DNA from: an uncultured Fibrobacterales bacterium
Lineage (GTDB): Bacteria; Fibrobacterota; Fibrobacteria; Fibrobacterales; CAWVXU01
NCBI GenBank assembly: GCA_963934255.1
Contig: CAWVXU010000003.1
Span: forward strand, 10,465-74,464
Reading direction: 5' to 3'
DNA: 64,000 nucleotides
Shown: in pieces, positions 11,401-19,871 of the stretch
Layout of the letters: each line of letters starts with the position of its first letter
Position numbering within the stretch: position 1 is the first letter of the stretch
Made by a program: the position numbers and the translations under genes
Notes under the pieces: model-generated
Told to the model about the DNA's origin: nothing
Databases searched by the model: none
The model's input: only the letters and a program-made list of their open reading frames with translations

Positions 11401-12040
11401 CATTCACTTCGCCTAATTTTTCCAAGGTATCTAAAGTCAATCCTACTGTACTCTGAGTCCCTCCGATTCCCAAATAATACGATTGGAAATCACCCCAAGG
11501 ACTATGACTTAGCTGATATTTTAATTGATAAATCGGGTCTTCAACTCGTTGCCAGATTGATGAACCATGCCCATAAAAAAGAAGTGAGTCACCTTCATCA
11601 AAAAGCCCATTTGTGTTGAGGTCTTTTCGGATCATTGGCACTTCATTAAAATGTTCTTGAGGGGAATAAATTTCTATTGGCGCTTTAACAGGCAGAGAGT
11701 CTGCACTTGAAGTCCAAATTGAAATTGAGTTAATCGGAACACCACGAAGCCTGCTGCCCACAATTTTATTCAATGAATTATAGCTCAAACCTTGCATGCC
11801 ATCTTGAGAAAAATCACCTGGACTTGGTGAAGTCACCCTGATCTCAGCGACAAAATCATCCGTCCTCAAAGAATTTGAAATTGCTGAAACTTTACGGGCC
11901 GATTTTTTAACAATAGAGGGCACTACTTGACGTGAACTTTTAAAAAAATCACCCGCCGAGATAGGACTCAAGCTAAAAATAAGAATGAACGTGACAAGAG
12001 CAAAGGCTGTAGAATTCGAGGGGGAGCAAGAAAGCTTCAT
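8432..12040 (-). CDS. porU: PorU-like C25 sortase, copy 2, with T9SS-type CTD
   Basis: Collinear paralogue of 4760..8380 with the same motifs (YFGHGS, FSCTVG, GRLPV, LANGVYFYKV, KLLISR). Confidence 0.88.
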   Translation of the reverse strand: MKLSCSPSNSTAFALVTFILIFSLSPISAGDFFKSSRQVVPSIVKKSARKVSAISNSLRTDDFVAEIRVTSPSPGDFSQDGMQGLSYNSLNKIVGSRLRGVPINSISIWTSSADSLPVKAPIEIYSPQEHFNEVPMIRKDLNTNGLFDEGDSLLFYGHGSSIWQRVEDPIYQLKYQLSHSPWGDFQSYYLGIGGTQSTVGLTLDTLEKLGEVNDTLTYLWHYRHAEKETTLRDDVHKDSQGREIDDSTGVEWHWVYIDNEDRNPHIVSHPNTESFLHYAGDSAYAWMKFYPGRGRGSSAATELSKPEAARFDGVKYNFYINGQEQVMMPYIAYMGKFLNQLSTLKFDSKYFSIQVHPASFSIFDHRFDSYTIAYKAQLFYDERQPYILNHQKFNQSVGIPVGMFLPIIKIVDNEAVGILAFDGGLHRDYATSDSVQYYMWDLKIKSPEILAINPPASGTINDLNSLESVNTSFKDIEYLIISPQHLSTSVMELAKLRSSSKLLHAYKTGVVEVERIFQHYSGGRPSPTAIRDFLRYVKSIAGDEFKYLLLVGDTHYDVRNLLNKGVDLNVPTYEIEDYATDDFYGLLDPGEELIRSSYDFDLSLGRLPVSSDEDVENYIEKLKLFSEKGEMNQGFWRSQILLAADDFSQNGEADQIGAAHMNNSEAVSSVIKFQNQWMNQTKVYIEEYAADASFQKPTAKQDIIRKMDYGQLYFNYFGHGSSDQLSDENLLNDISVNQMSNTGKTPIFSAFSCTVGRVDRINGTALAQELMISGTRGAIAAIAASRKSYNNDNRVMSQIFAAKLFDFTDDVRVGDALARTKERVVQSTTGSIYKSRWNAEKYFLLGEPVLTLPKPRLEIKFDSIPDTLQALQKVKLQGFVTGKARSGKIYLKVIEQASSRVFKQESPLIIENVPAEISGKTLYAEVLEFQDGKFSTEFITPRKLSFGDTNAVLTAYAWQDLQPYYGSMAKTGISLFGTSASAGDIDDEQPPTIQAYPCDANPTTTGYYGDVIESSTPACIEFEITDETGIDLSEEVDEGVSVEIEELYPRQHANFEILHGKRATFRLDLGASVVPGEYPLEVRALDILGNFSSKKWLLKISDAQTLALNDVYNSPNPMKKRTKFYFKTQAKANVQIKIFDQNGRLVRSLKDVVSGVTVFNGRDRYGRKLANGVYFYKVLSKTFNSQNQAIRESRLEKLLISR

Positions 12041-12057
12041 AGCTATAATCTAAACAT

Positions 12058-12936
12058 TTATTGCCAGATAAATAGCGGCATTTTACTTTTGTAGACTTGG
12101 AGTCCACCTAAAGCACTTGAGATAGGCTCTTTAAGAAGTCTGTCAATCAAGGGAGCAGGTGGTGTTATTTCAATAAACTCTGCTGATTTAGCAAGCCCTG
12201 TTTGTTCGATAATATATTCTTTGGCGATATCAAATCCACCAAGAGAGTCAACTAAACCAAGTTCAAGAGCACGACGTCCAGTAAAAACAGAACCATCAGC
12301 GAATGTTTTAATCGAATCAATACTTAAACCACGGCCCACAGATATTGCTTCCATAAACTGCATCCAAGTATCGTTAATTACTACTTGCATTTTCGTGGCT
12401 GAAGCTTTATCTAATTTCTTAAAAGGATTGCCTGTAGCTTTATGAGCACCGCTATTAATGATGTTCATTTTGACCCCGATTTTTTCCATCAATTCGGTGG
12501 CTTCAGGGAATTGCGTGATGACACCAATCGACCCCGTAAGTGTTCCAGGATTAGCAAATATCTTTAAACTTGAGGCCGTTGAATAAACGCCACCTGAGGC
12601 TGAGATATTTCCAAAGCTGGTGATGACAGGAAAGTCGTCTTGGCGTAACTGAAGAAGTTTAGCATTAATCTCTTGAGCTGCACCCACAGCGCCGCCAGGA
12701 GAATCAACACGAAGTAGGATTCCACGACATTTTGGATCTTTTAGATGGTCATTAAACTGATTAAGTACTGGCTCTGAATCCATCAAAGCACCTTGAATCT
12801 TAACAAGGCCAATATAAGGCGCTGAAGCAGTTGGATTGACTGGCCCTTGAACCAACTGACCCATCAAAAATCCACAACTAGCAAGCATCATAAAGAAACT
12901 GCAGACGACCACTAAAAACCAAGGTATTTTTTTCAT
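12058..12936 (-). CDS. sppA: Signal peptide peptidase SppA (S49, short form)
   Basis: N-terminal TM; LRVDSPGG, ASGGVY, TGSIGV, SGAHK, ADGSVFTG, GLVD. Confidence 0.93.
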   Translation of the reverse strand: MKKIPWFLVVVCSFFMMLASCGFLMGQLVQGPVNPTASAPYIGLVKIQGALMDSEPVLNQFNDHLKDPKCRGILLRVDSPGGAVGAAQEINAKLLQLRQDDFPVITSFGNISASGGVYSTASSLKIFANPGTLTGSIGVITQFPEATELMEKIGVKMNIINSGAHKATGNPFKKLDKASATKMQVVINDTWMQFMEAISVGRGLSIDSIKTFADGSVFTGRRALELGLVDSLGGFDIAKEYIIEQTGLAKSAEFIEITPPAPLIDRLLKEPISSALGGLQVYKSKMPLFIWQ

Positions 12937-15134
12937 TTGGATTCTCCAATTTTAATTTTCATGCCTGGCTTAATAGAACGTCGTTCTAATTTATTCCAGG
13001 ACTTCAATTCATCTACAGAGACACCATGGTCTTTAGATATTTGCCAAAGAGTATCGCCCGATTGCACTGTATACCACTTGACTCCACCTGAGATACTTAT
13101 TTGCTTCTGCTTAGATTGAACAAGTCTTTTCGAAGAGCTGCCTGTTTGAGGATGAGGCACTCTCAATTTCATACCCGGTTGAATTTTGGAACCGGGCTTT
13201 AAATTATTGAGATTTATTAATTCACTTAAAGACACATTGAGGCTTTGAGCAATATTATACAGGTTATCACCGCGCTTAATCGTGTAGATTTTAGAATTTG
13301 ATCTGGTGTTTGAGACCTTCGAAGATTGTTGCGTGTTTGAACTCTTAGAAACTGTCCTCCCGCCCCCTACTTTGGGTACTTTTAATTTCTGACCCACGCT
13401 CAAATTTGACGATGAAACTTTGTTTACCGCCATGAGCTCAACGCTTGTCATATCATATTTATCAGCTATTAGGGAAAAGTTATCGCCTGATTTGACTTTA
13501 TAGGTAGTGAGTTCAGATGACTTCCAAATCCGAGATGGTTTTGAAGTCTTCGCTTGAGTCACTTTTTGAGCTACTGGATATTTTAGCTTCTGCCCCACTT
13601 GAATACTTTGACGAACATTGATCTTATTGGCATCCAAAAGAGTATTGAGTGAAACACCGAGTTTGCGAGAAATAGTATAGAGGTTATCACCGCGTCTTAC
13701 TTTATAAATTTTTGTAGTCTGTCCTGATTGGTTTTGATACTGTTTGGAGTATTTTGCCCCGAGGCCTGCTGGTAAAGGAATAACCAAAACTTGACCAATG
13801 AGTAAACGATTGGATTTGATATTATTGGCCGCTTTGATTTCAGAGATATTAATTCCATAGCGACTCGCAATTTTACCTAAGTATTCACCTGATCTAACCT
13901 TATGTCGATGAAGTGTTTTGAGTTTGGACTTATCCATCTCAGCATATTTGACTTCCCAAAGTTTTCGTTTGCCCACAGGGACTTTGAAATCATAATTTTT
14001 AAAATTACTCGGAGTACACCATTTACGAAGCTCAGGGTTTAAAGCCTTAAGAGTAACTTCGGGTACATCAATTAATTTGGCTATAGTTGAAAGCGGTATA
14101 GAATGAGAAACCGGGGTTGACTCCCAAACAGGTGGCGTCATTTGTGTGACTTCGATGCCGTATCGTTCAGGGTAATGACCTATGATAGCCGCAGCAATAA
14201 TCCTTGGGACATAGTGCTTAGTTTCTTTAGGAAGATTTAATTCCCAATAGTTTTTGGTCCCGGCTTTTCTTATGGCGCGACGTACACATCCACCACCACA
14301 ATTATAGGCAGCCATCGCTAGATGCCAATCTCCAAATTGTTTATGGAGGTCTCGCATAAAACTAATTGCACCACGAGTTGATTTAAGAGGGTCTCTTCTT
14401 TCATCTAACCACCAGTCAATCTTCATACCATAGGCACGACCTGTCGATGGTATAAATTGCCAAATACCGCCAGCACTTGCAGTCGAAGTGGCAGAGGTTT
14501 TATAACCTGATTCAACTAGCGCTTGATAGATGAGGTCTCTTGGTACATCCATCGAGTCTAGTTCGCGATAAATTAATTCATCGTAGAGAGTCTTACGTGA
14601 AAGTGACTTACGCATAAATGACGGCACTCTTTGAGAAAGGAAATGTAGCTCTTCATAAACACGCTCATTGAGGACAATAGGAATAGAAAATTTACTGATA
14701 TCAATACTATCAGATAGAGTCTTGATGGTCGTCGATTCAGTTGAGTCTAAAATAATGTCCTCAAACTCAGAAAGCCAAAGACCCACGGTATCTTCTTGAA
14801 TCTGCCCTTCAACTTGAAGCCAGGTCGATTCCATCCCGAGGAGAACAGAATCCAAATAGAGCGAAAGACTCGAATCTTTAGACAACGAGTCAATTCCGAG
14901 TTCTTGCAAGTATGCCAAAGCATAGCGATATTGCTTATCTGATTCTTGAAATTCTTCTTCACGTTCTAATTTGAGACCCATTTGATAATGAACCCTTGAA
15001 GCTTCGAGAGATTCTGGAATAAGGCTTTGAGGCTTTTTTTGAAGGCTGCAAGCCACCAAAGTTTCACAGAGAATAAGAAAAGCCCCCAACTCGAGAGCTT
15101 TTTTAAAATAATGAGCTTGATTAAATAAGTTCAT
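12933..15134 (-). CDS. mltD: MltD-like lytic murein transglycosylase lipoprotein with five LysM repeats
   Basis: Lipobox LVAC; SLT motifs ALVES, AGGIWQF, AAYNCG, ETKHYVPRI; five V/I-x-x-G-D/E-x-L/F LysM repeats. Confidence 0.9.
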   Translation of the reverse strand: MNLFNQAHYFKKALELGAFLILCETLVACSLQKKPQSLIPESLEASRVHYQMGLKLEREEEFQESDKQYRYALAYLQELGIDSLSKDSSLSLYLDSVLLGMESTWLQVEGQIQEDTVGLWLSEFEDIILDSTESTTIKTLSDSIDISKFSIPIVLNERVYEELHFLSQRVPSFMRKSLSRKTLYDELIYRELDSMDVPRDLIYQALVESGYKTSATSTASAGGIWQFIPSTGRAYGMKIDWWLDERRDPLKSTRGAISFMRDLHKQFGDWHLAMAAYNCGGGCVRRAIRKAGTKNYWELNLPKETKHYVPRIIAAAIIGHYPERYGIEVTQMTPPVWESTPVSHSIPLSTIAKLIDVPEVTLKALNPELRKWCTPSNFKNYDFKVPVGKRKLWEVKYAEMDKSKLKTLHRHKVRSGEYLGKIASRYGINISEIKAANNIKSNRLLIGQVLVIPLPAGLGAKYSKQYQNQSGQTTKIYKVRRGDNLYTISRKLGVSLNTLLDANKINVRQSIQVGQKLKYPVAQKVTQAKTSKPSRIWKSSELTTYKVKSGDNFSLIADKYDMTSVELMAVNKVSSSNLSVGQKLKVPKVGGGRTVSKSSNTQQSSKVSNTRSNSKIYTIKRGDNLYNIAQSLNVSLSELINLNNLKPGSKIQPGMKLRVPHPQTGSSSKRLVQSKQKQISISGGVKWYTVQSGDTLWQISKDHGVSVDELKSWNKLERRSIKPGMKIKIGESK

Positions 15135-15147
15135 TTAGTGCTGACGA

Positions 15148-15345
15148 CTAATCGTCGAAATCAAGATCTTCAGCGTAATCATTCCAGATTTGATCCCGCT
15201 TAAAAGACGGAGTGTCAAAATCGACTTCTTCGTCTTCATCATCATCATCTTCATCTTCGAATTCATCATGATCCCCGCCGAGTGGCTGATAATCATCAAA
15301 ATCTTCTGCTTTGGGTCTTCTACCAAATTCAAGTTTTCTTTTCAT
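15148..15345 (-). CDS. Small, highly acidic protein of unknown function
   Basis: 65 aa, 28 Asp/Glu, basic N-terminus, GAGGT SD 6 nt before ATG; lies just upstream of mltD. Confidence 0.7.
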   Translation of the reverse strand: MKRKLEFGRRPKAEDFDDYQPLGGDHDEFEDEDDDDEDEEVDFDTPSFKRDQIWNDYAEDLDFDD

Positions 15346-15460
15346 AACGATACCTCACATGGAAGTTGAAAAATAATTTAAACAATTTGGAGTAAAAATA
15401 TGTGTTTTGGCTCTTCCGTCAATAGTATATTATAGGAAAATAAATTTAATAGGTTATTCC

Positions 15461-17161
15461 GTGAAAACTTTGCTCATATTTACCTGTATATTCAGTTTTT
15501 TTAGTCTTTCTTGGGGTGATTCTACGAAAATAGATTCAAGTAGCTCTTCGATAGACAATAAAATTAAAACAGAAAACCTTTCTGCCATCACAATAACTCT
15601 GTCTGAAATGGTCGATCCGGGAATGGCATCCTACACAAAACGTGCCATTTCTGATGCCAAATCCAAGAAACCAGATATAATTATCTTTGAAGTAAACACT
15701 TTTGGAGGCAGATTAGATGCAGCATTTGAAATCGTCGATGCCATCACCGAAATTCGAGATATTAGAACTATCGCCCTCGTCAACAAAAAAGCCATCTCTG
15801 CCGGTGCACTAATATCTCTGGCAGCTGATGAAATGTATATGCGACCCAACACAACCATTGGTGATTGTGCTCCGATTATTCAAGGTCAAGATGGTCCCAC
15901 GATGCTTGGTGAAAAGATCCAATCCCCACTTAGAGCCAAATTTAGAGGACTCGCTCAAAAAAACGGCTACTCAGAACTACTCTCCATGGCCATGGTCTCA
16001 GAAAATCTTGAAATATTTAAATTAACTGCCAAAGCGGATTCGAGTGTGATTGAATTCATGCAAAGCGTCCACTATGATGAGCTAAGTGAAAAAGAGAAAT
16101 CTACCTGGCACCAAAAAACAACTATTGTTCAAGCTGGAGAACTTTTGACGATCACCAATAGTGAAGCTGTTGAATTTGGGTTTTCTAAAGGTACTATGGA
16201 AGATATTGAAAGCTTAAAGACTCATCTCAATGTCACTGAAGTCAAAGAAATCAAGATCTCTTGGTCTGAATCAATGGTCAGAGCACTTGCAGCGCTTTCC
16301 CCTATTTTATTACTTCTAGGATTTGGCTCCCTATACATAGAAATTAAAACTCCTGGCTTTGGATTCTTTGGTGTACTAGGGATTCTCTGTATCGGCATTG
16401 TTTTCGGCGGCCAATACTTAACTGGATTGTCTGACCACCTAGCCATCGTATTGTTTGCACTCGGCGCCTTATTGATAATAGTTGAAATGTTCGTTTTCCC
16501 AGGGACTTGGATATCTGGAGCGATTGGCCTCCTCTGCTTCATAGCCGCTCTGTCTATCGGTATGACTAAGCAAGCCCAAGCCAAAGAGGACGCTCTTGAG
16601 CAAGCTCAAAAACAAGAAGGGCTCAAGACCTCTCAAGAGGCCCAAGACAAGGCTAAGCAATCTGATAAACCGCCTGCAGACCAGCTTAAGCCGGGTCAGC
16701 CAAATGATGAACCCGATACTAATAAGGTGAGTGACTCAATTTCTGAAAAAACATCACCGACTTTAACTCCTGCTAAAATCACAACTCCAAAAACCTCCTT
16801 TGAAACTTATTCTGACCAAGTAAAGTATCTACTGCTATTAGCACTTGGTGGACTTATATTCCCTATTGTCTTTGCGCGATATATCCTACCTAATATCCCT
16901 GCACGTCATGGCGTGATGCTCAATGAAACACTTGAGGACGCTCATGTTCAAGATGGAGCTTTTGGCTTTAGAATTGGGCAAGAAGGCAAGGCAATCAATT
17001 TACTCAAACCGATGGGGACAGTCGATTTTGATGGAAAGCTCAAAGAAGTTACAGCAAGATCAGGCTTTATTGATCAAGACTGTAAGGTGAGAATTTGTTC
17101 GGTAGAAAACCATCAAATTTGGGTGGAAGAAATTCCACAAGTTCAGGCGGAGGAGTCATGA
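15461..17161 (+). CDS. nfeD: Long NfeD (ClpP-class serine protease domain, TM bundle, OB-fold); YqeZ-like
   Basis: Probable GTG start at 15461 gives a signal peptide; NTFGG, AISAGALI, EIKTPGFG, C-terminal LKPMG OB-fold; upstream of floA. Confidence 0.88.
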   Translation: MKTLLIFTCIFSFFSLSWGDSTKIDSSSSSIDNKIKTENLSAITITLSEMVDPGMASYTKRAISDAKSKKPDIIIFEVNTFGGRLDAAFEIVDAITEIRDIRTIALVNKKAISAGALISLAADEMYMRPNTTIGDCAPIIQGQDGPTMLGEKIQSPLRAKFRGLAQKNGYSELLSMAMVSENLEIFKLTAKADSSVIEFMQSVHYDELSEKEKSTWHQKTTIVQAGELLTITNSEAVEFGFSKGTMEDIESLKTHLNVTEVKEIKISWSESMVRALAALSPILLLLGFGSLYIEIKTPGFGFFGVLGILCIGIVFGGQYLTGLSDHLAIVLFALGALLIIVEMFVFPGTWISGAIGLLCFIAALSIGMTKQAQAKEDALEQAQKQEGLKTSQEAQDKAKQSDKPPADQLKPGQPNDEPDTNKVSDSISEKTSPTLTPAKITTPKTSFETYSDQVKYLLLLALGGLIFPIVFARYILPNIPARHGVMLNETLEDAHVQDGAFGFRIGQEGKAINLLKPMGTVDFDGKLKEVTARSGFIDQDCKVRICSVENHQIWVEEIPQVQAEES

Positions 17162-17661
17162 GTTTCTCAGAAATCCCTTCTATCATCTGGGGGCTCCAGA
17201 TAGCCGTATTTGTCCTACTTGTCCTTGAAATCATAATTCCTTCAGGTGGTATTATTTTTGCCATGGCTGCTATTGCTCTTGTCTGGGCATGGATGCAGAC
17301 TTTGAATGTAGATTTAGGTCATTGGACATTTGTGTTTTTAGGTGTTGATCTTATCGGTATTCCATTCATGATTTGGCTCTCTCTTAAGGCACTGAAGAAA
17401 TCAGGCTTTACACTCCAAACTGAGCTAGTAAGCGATGAAGGATTTCAATCTCCTCATGCTTTTGATCAAGATTTATCAGGTCAAGTCGGTGTAGTAACTC
17501 AAGATTTGAGACCCGTCGGCAAAATAAGACTAGAACAAGGAGAGTTTGAAGCCATATCAGAACATGATTGGATTGTCAAGGACAGTCAAATTGAAGTACA
17601 ATCTTGCCAAGACAACAAAATTATCGTCAAAAAAATACGAACAGAAAAAAGTAGTCCATAA
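17158..17661 (+). CDS. Short NfeD-family membrane protein (TM helices plus OB-fold)
   Basis: ATGA overlap with the nfeD stop, GGAGGAG SD; EIIIPSGG, DLRPVGK, FEAISE. Confidence 0.85.
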   Translation: MSFSEIPSIIWGLQIAVFVLLVLEIIIPSGGIIFAMAAIALVWAWMQTLNVDLGHWTFVFLGVDLIGIPFMIWLSLKALKKSGFTLQTELVSDEGFQSPHAFDQDLSGQVGVVTQDLRPVGKIRLEQGEFEAISEHDWIVKDSQIEVQSCQDNKIIVKKIRTEKSSP

Positions 17662-17703
17662 CACTAAACAACAAATAACAATTAAAAAACCAAAGGAAAT
17701 AGA

Positions 17704-18687
17704 ATGCCAATAACAACCATTCTTATCATCATCGGAATTATTGTCGCGCTTGTGATATTTTTCTTCGTTACTTCATTTATCAATCTTTACCTACAGGCTT
17801 TGTTTTCAAATGCTAGTATTAGTATTTTTCAACTTATCGGTATGCGTCTGCGTAAAGTTCCGGCTCGTACTATTGTTGAGTCGCGCATCTTGGCAATTAA
17901 AGCCGGCATGCCTATTGACACCAACTTATTAGAAGCTCACTACCTATCAGGTGGTCATGTTATTCGTGTCGTCCAAGCACTTATTGCTGCTAATAAAGCG
18001 AACATCGAACTTCAATTCAAAGAAGCTGCTGCTATTGACCTCGCTGGTCGTAACGTACTAGAAGCGGTACAAATGTCCGTGACTCCTAAAGTCATCACGA
18101 CTCCTAAAATTGTCGCTATGGCTCTTGATGGTATCCAACTTAAAGTTGTGACTCGTATTACAGTCCGTGCTTCTATTCGCAAGCTCGTTGGTGGTGCAGG
18201 CGAAGACACTGTTATCGCACGTGTCGGTGAAGGTATTGTATCGACTATTGGTTCTGCCAAAACTCATAAAGATGTACTTGAAAATCCAAATATGATTTCT
18301 CGCCAAGTTCTCTCATCAGGTCTTGATGCCGGTACTGCTTTTGAAATACTATCTATTGATATCGCAGATGTGGATGTCGGTAAAAACATTGGTGCGGACC
18401 TAGAGACTGACCGTGCTGAAGCAGATAAAAAAATCGCTCAAGCTAAAGCCGAAGAACGCCGTGCAATGGCCTATGCTAAAGAACAAGAGATGAAAGCTGA
18501 AGTTGTCTTCATGCAATCAAAAGTGGTCGAAGCAGAAGCGCTAGTCCCTCTGGCTATGGCAGAAGCATTTAGACAAGGTAATCTTGGCGTGATGGATTAT
18601 TACAAAATGAAAAACATCGAAGCCGACACCAACATGCGTGATAATATTGTTAAACCAGAAAACGATAAGTCGCAGGGAGAAGTTTAA
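17704..18687 (+). CDS. floA: Flotillin-like protein FloA (YqfA family)
   Basis: [61 protein letters not shown]. Confidence 0.95.
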   Translation: MPITTILIIIGIIVALVIFFFVTSFINLYLQALFSNASISIFQLIGMRLRKVPARTIVESRILAIKAGMPIDTNLLEAHYLSGGHVIRVVQALIAANKANIELQFKEAAAIDLAGRNVLEAVQMSVTPKVITTPKIVAMALDGIQLKVVTRITVRASIRKLVGGAGEDTVIARVGEGIVSTIGSAKTHKDVLENPNMISRQVLSSGLDAGTAFEILSIDIADVDVGKNIGADLETDRAEADKKIAQAKAEERRAMAYAKEQEMKAEVVFMQSKVVEAEALVPLAMAEAFRQGNLGVMDYYKMKNIEADTNMRDNIVKPENDKSQGEV

Positions 18688-18689
18688 CA

Positions 18690-19238
18690 ATGAGTGATCT
18701 CTTTACTTGGATTATCACTATTCTCGTTTTCCAAGGCGTCGCCGCCTTGGTCAATCGATCGAATAAAGCCAAGAAAAAGGCTGATGCACAGAGGCGTCAA
18801 GGTCATGAAAGTGAAGACTCTCCTAATCAAGGCTCTGTACAAGATTCTCCTGAGAACTCAAATCCCCTAGCCAATTTTTTTGAAAACTTAGAGAAGTCTG
18901 CGGCCAACTCTCAGCCCAATCAAGTTGATTTTATACAAAATGCTGGTGTGATTGCTCCTCAAACGACAAGTTCTTACGAACTTCATGAAGAGTCTCAACT
19001 CGAAGCGTATTCTCATTCTGAATCTGAAGACTCTGAAGAAGAAGAACGCCGAGAAGATGAAGAGTATGCTCTACAAAAAAAGGTCCGACGAAATCAGGAA
19101 CGAATGGAGGAGGTCGAAAAGGAACGCATTCGTATTATAGGTCGCCCAAGACCACTAGACCGCATCCCTCAGATGGGTCTTTTGGAACAAGGGATGCTAT
19201 GGAAAGAAATCCTCGGCAAACCTAAAGGGCTTCAATAA
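18690..19238 (+). CDS. Membrane-anchored protein of the floA operon (YqfB-like position)
   Basis: N-terminal TM, charged linker, C-terminal GMLWKEILGKPKG motif as seen in floA-downstream genes. Confidence 0.7.
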   Translation: MSDLFTWIITILVFQGVAALVNRSNKAKKKADAQRRQGHESEDSPNQGSVQDSPENSNPLANFFENLEKSAANSQPNQVDFIQNAGVIAPQTTSSYELHEESQLEAYSHSESEDSEEEERREDEEYALQKKVRRNQERMEEVEKERIRIIGRPRPLDRIPQMGLLEQGMLWKEILGKPKGLQ

Positions 19239-19264
19239 AGGGTCTGATTATAGGATAATTATTT

Positions 19265-19295
19265 AAACGTTCACTTCTTTGGGGTGGACGTTTTT
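19265..19295 (+). terminator. Intrinsic terminator of the nfeD-floA operon
   Basis: AAACGTTCACTTC-TTT-GGGGTGGACGTTT stem (with G-U pairs) followed by T run. Confidence 0.65.
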
Positions 19296-19374
19296 GTGTT
19301 TTTGGGGGGGGCATATATTATATAATCAGAATTAAATCAACAGTGATAAGTATGATTTTAGATAAAAAAATTTG

Positions 19375-19410
19375 AAAAAAATAACCTCAAGATTTTCGTC
19401 TTGAGGTTAT
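19375..19410 (-). terminator. Intrinsic terminator of the yjfB-like gene
   Basis: Perfect 12-bp inverted repeat ATAACCTCAAGA / TCTTGAGGTTAT with a minus-strand T tract. Confidence 0.75.
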
Positions 19411-19477
19411 ATAATATCACATAATTTACTTTTGAATATTCACTGACATTCACAGAAAACATGTTGATATCAATGAG

Positions 19478-19654
19478 TTATGCTGAAAGGTCAATTCCGC
19501 CACTTGCTTGCGCTGGTGGAGCTGGGATTGCATTAATTAAATCAAGTTGAGTTTTGCTTTGTTCTTGGGATGCTTTGAGCAGTTTAATACCGATCTCATT
19601 ACCAGCTTGAGCAGCTTGAAGTGCGGCAGCACCGCCTAGTCCTGAAATATCCAT
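19478..19654 (-). CDS. YjfB-like small motility-associated protein (58 aa)
   Basis: Start reassigned to ATG 19654 (AGGAAGGTG SD). MDIS...EIGIKLLKASQEQ...QLDLI...GGIDLSA fits the YjfB pattern; sigma28-type promoter upstream. Confidence 0.75.
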   Translation of the reverse strand: MDISGLGGAAALQAAQAGNEIGIKLLKASQEQSKTQLDLINAIPAPPAQASGGIDLSA

Positions 19655-19694
19655 CACCTTCCTTCTTCCTTGAATTAGATTAGGGCTATTCAAT

Positions 19695-19721
19695 ATATCG
19701 GTAAGGTTTCTCAGAACTTTA
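19695..19721 (-). promoter_or_regulatory. Sigma28 (FliA)-type promoter
   Basis: Minus strand TAAA-N15-ACCGATAT versus consensus TAAA-N15-GCCGATAA, about 40 nt upstream of the yjfB-like ATG. Confidence 0.7.
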
Positions 19722-19871
19722 GCTTTCACTTTAACTTTCTGTAAAAATTTCTTGTGTTTTTTGGGTTTAGAGGCTTTCATTGGTCTTTAGTCTCTATATG
19801 ATGAGTTTTTAAGCTGTATTTTCTCTGAATTATTTAAATATTGGTAAAATTGATTAAAGTAGGGTGCACCC

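Noticed and set aside
13000..13920. Repeated sequence in mltD (for example AGGTTATCACCGCG twice) as a DNA repeat array or CRISPR
   Set aside because: Explained by coding LysM repeats; no regular repeat-spacer structure was seen anywhere in the window.
19655..19780. N-terminal extension of the yjfB-like ORF to 100 aa
   Set aside because: It overlaps the sigma28 promoter, and a strong SD precedes ATG 19654.
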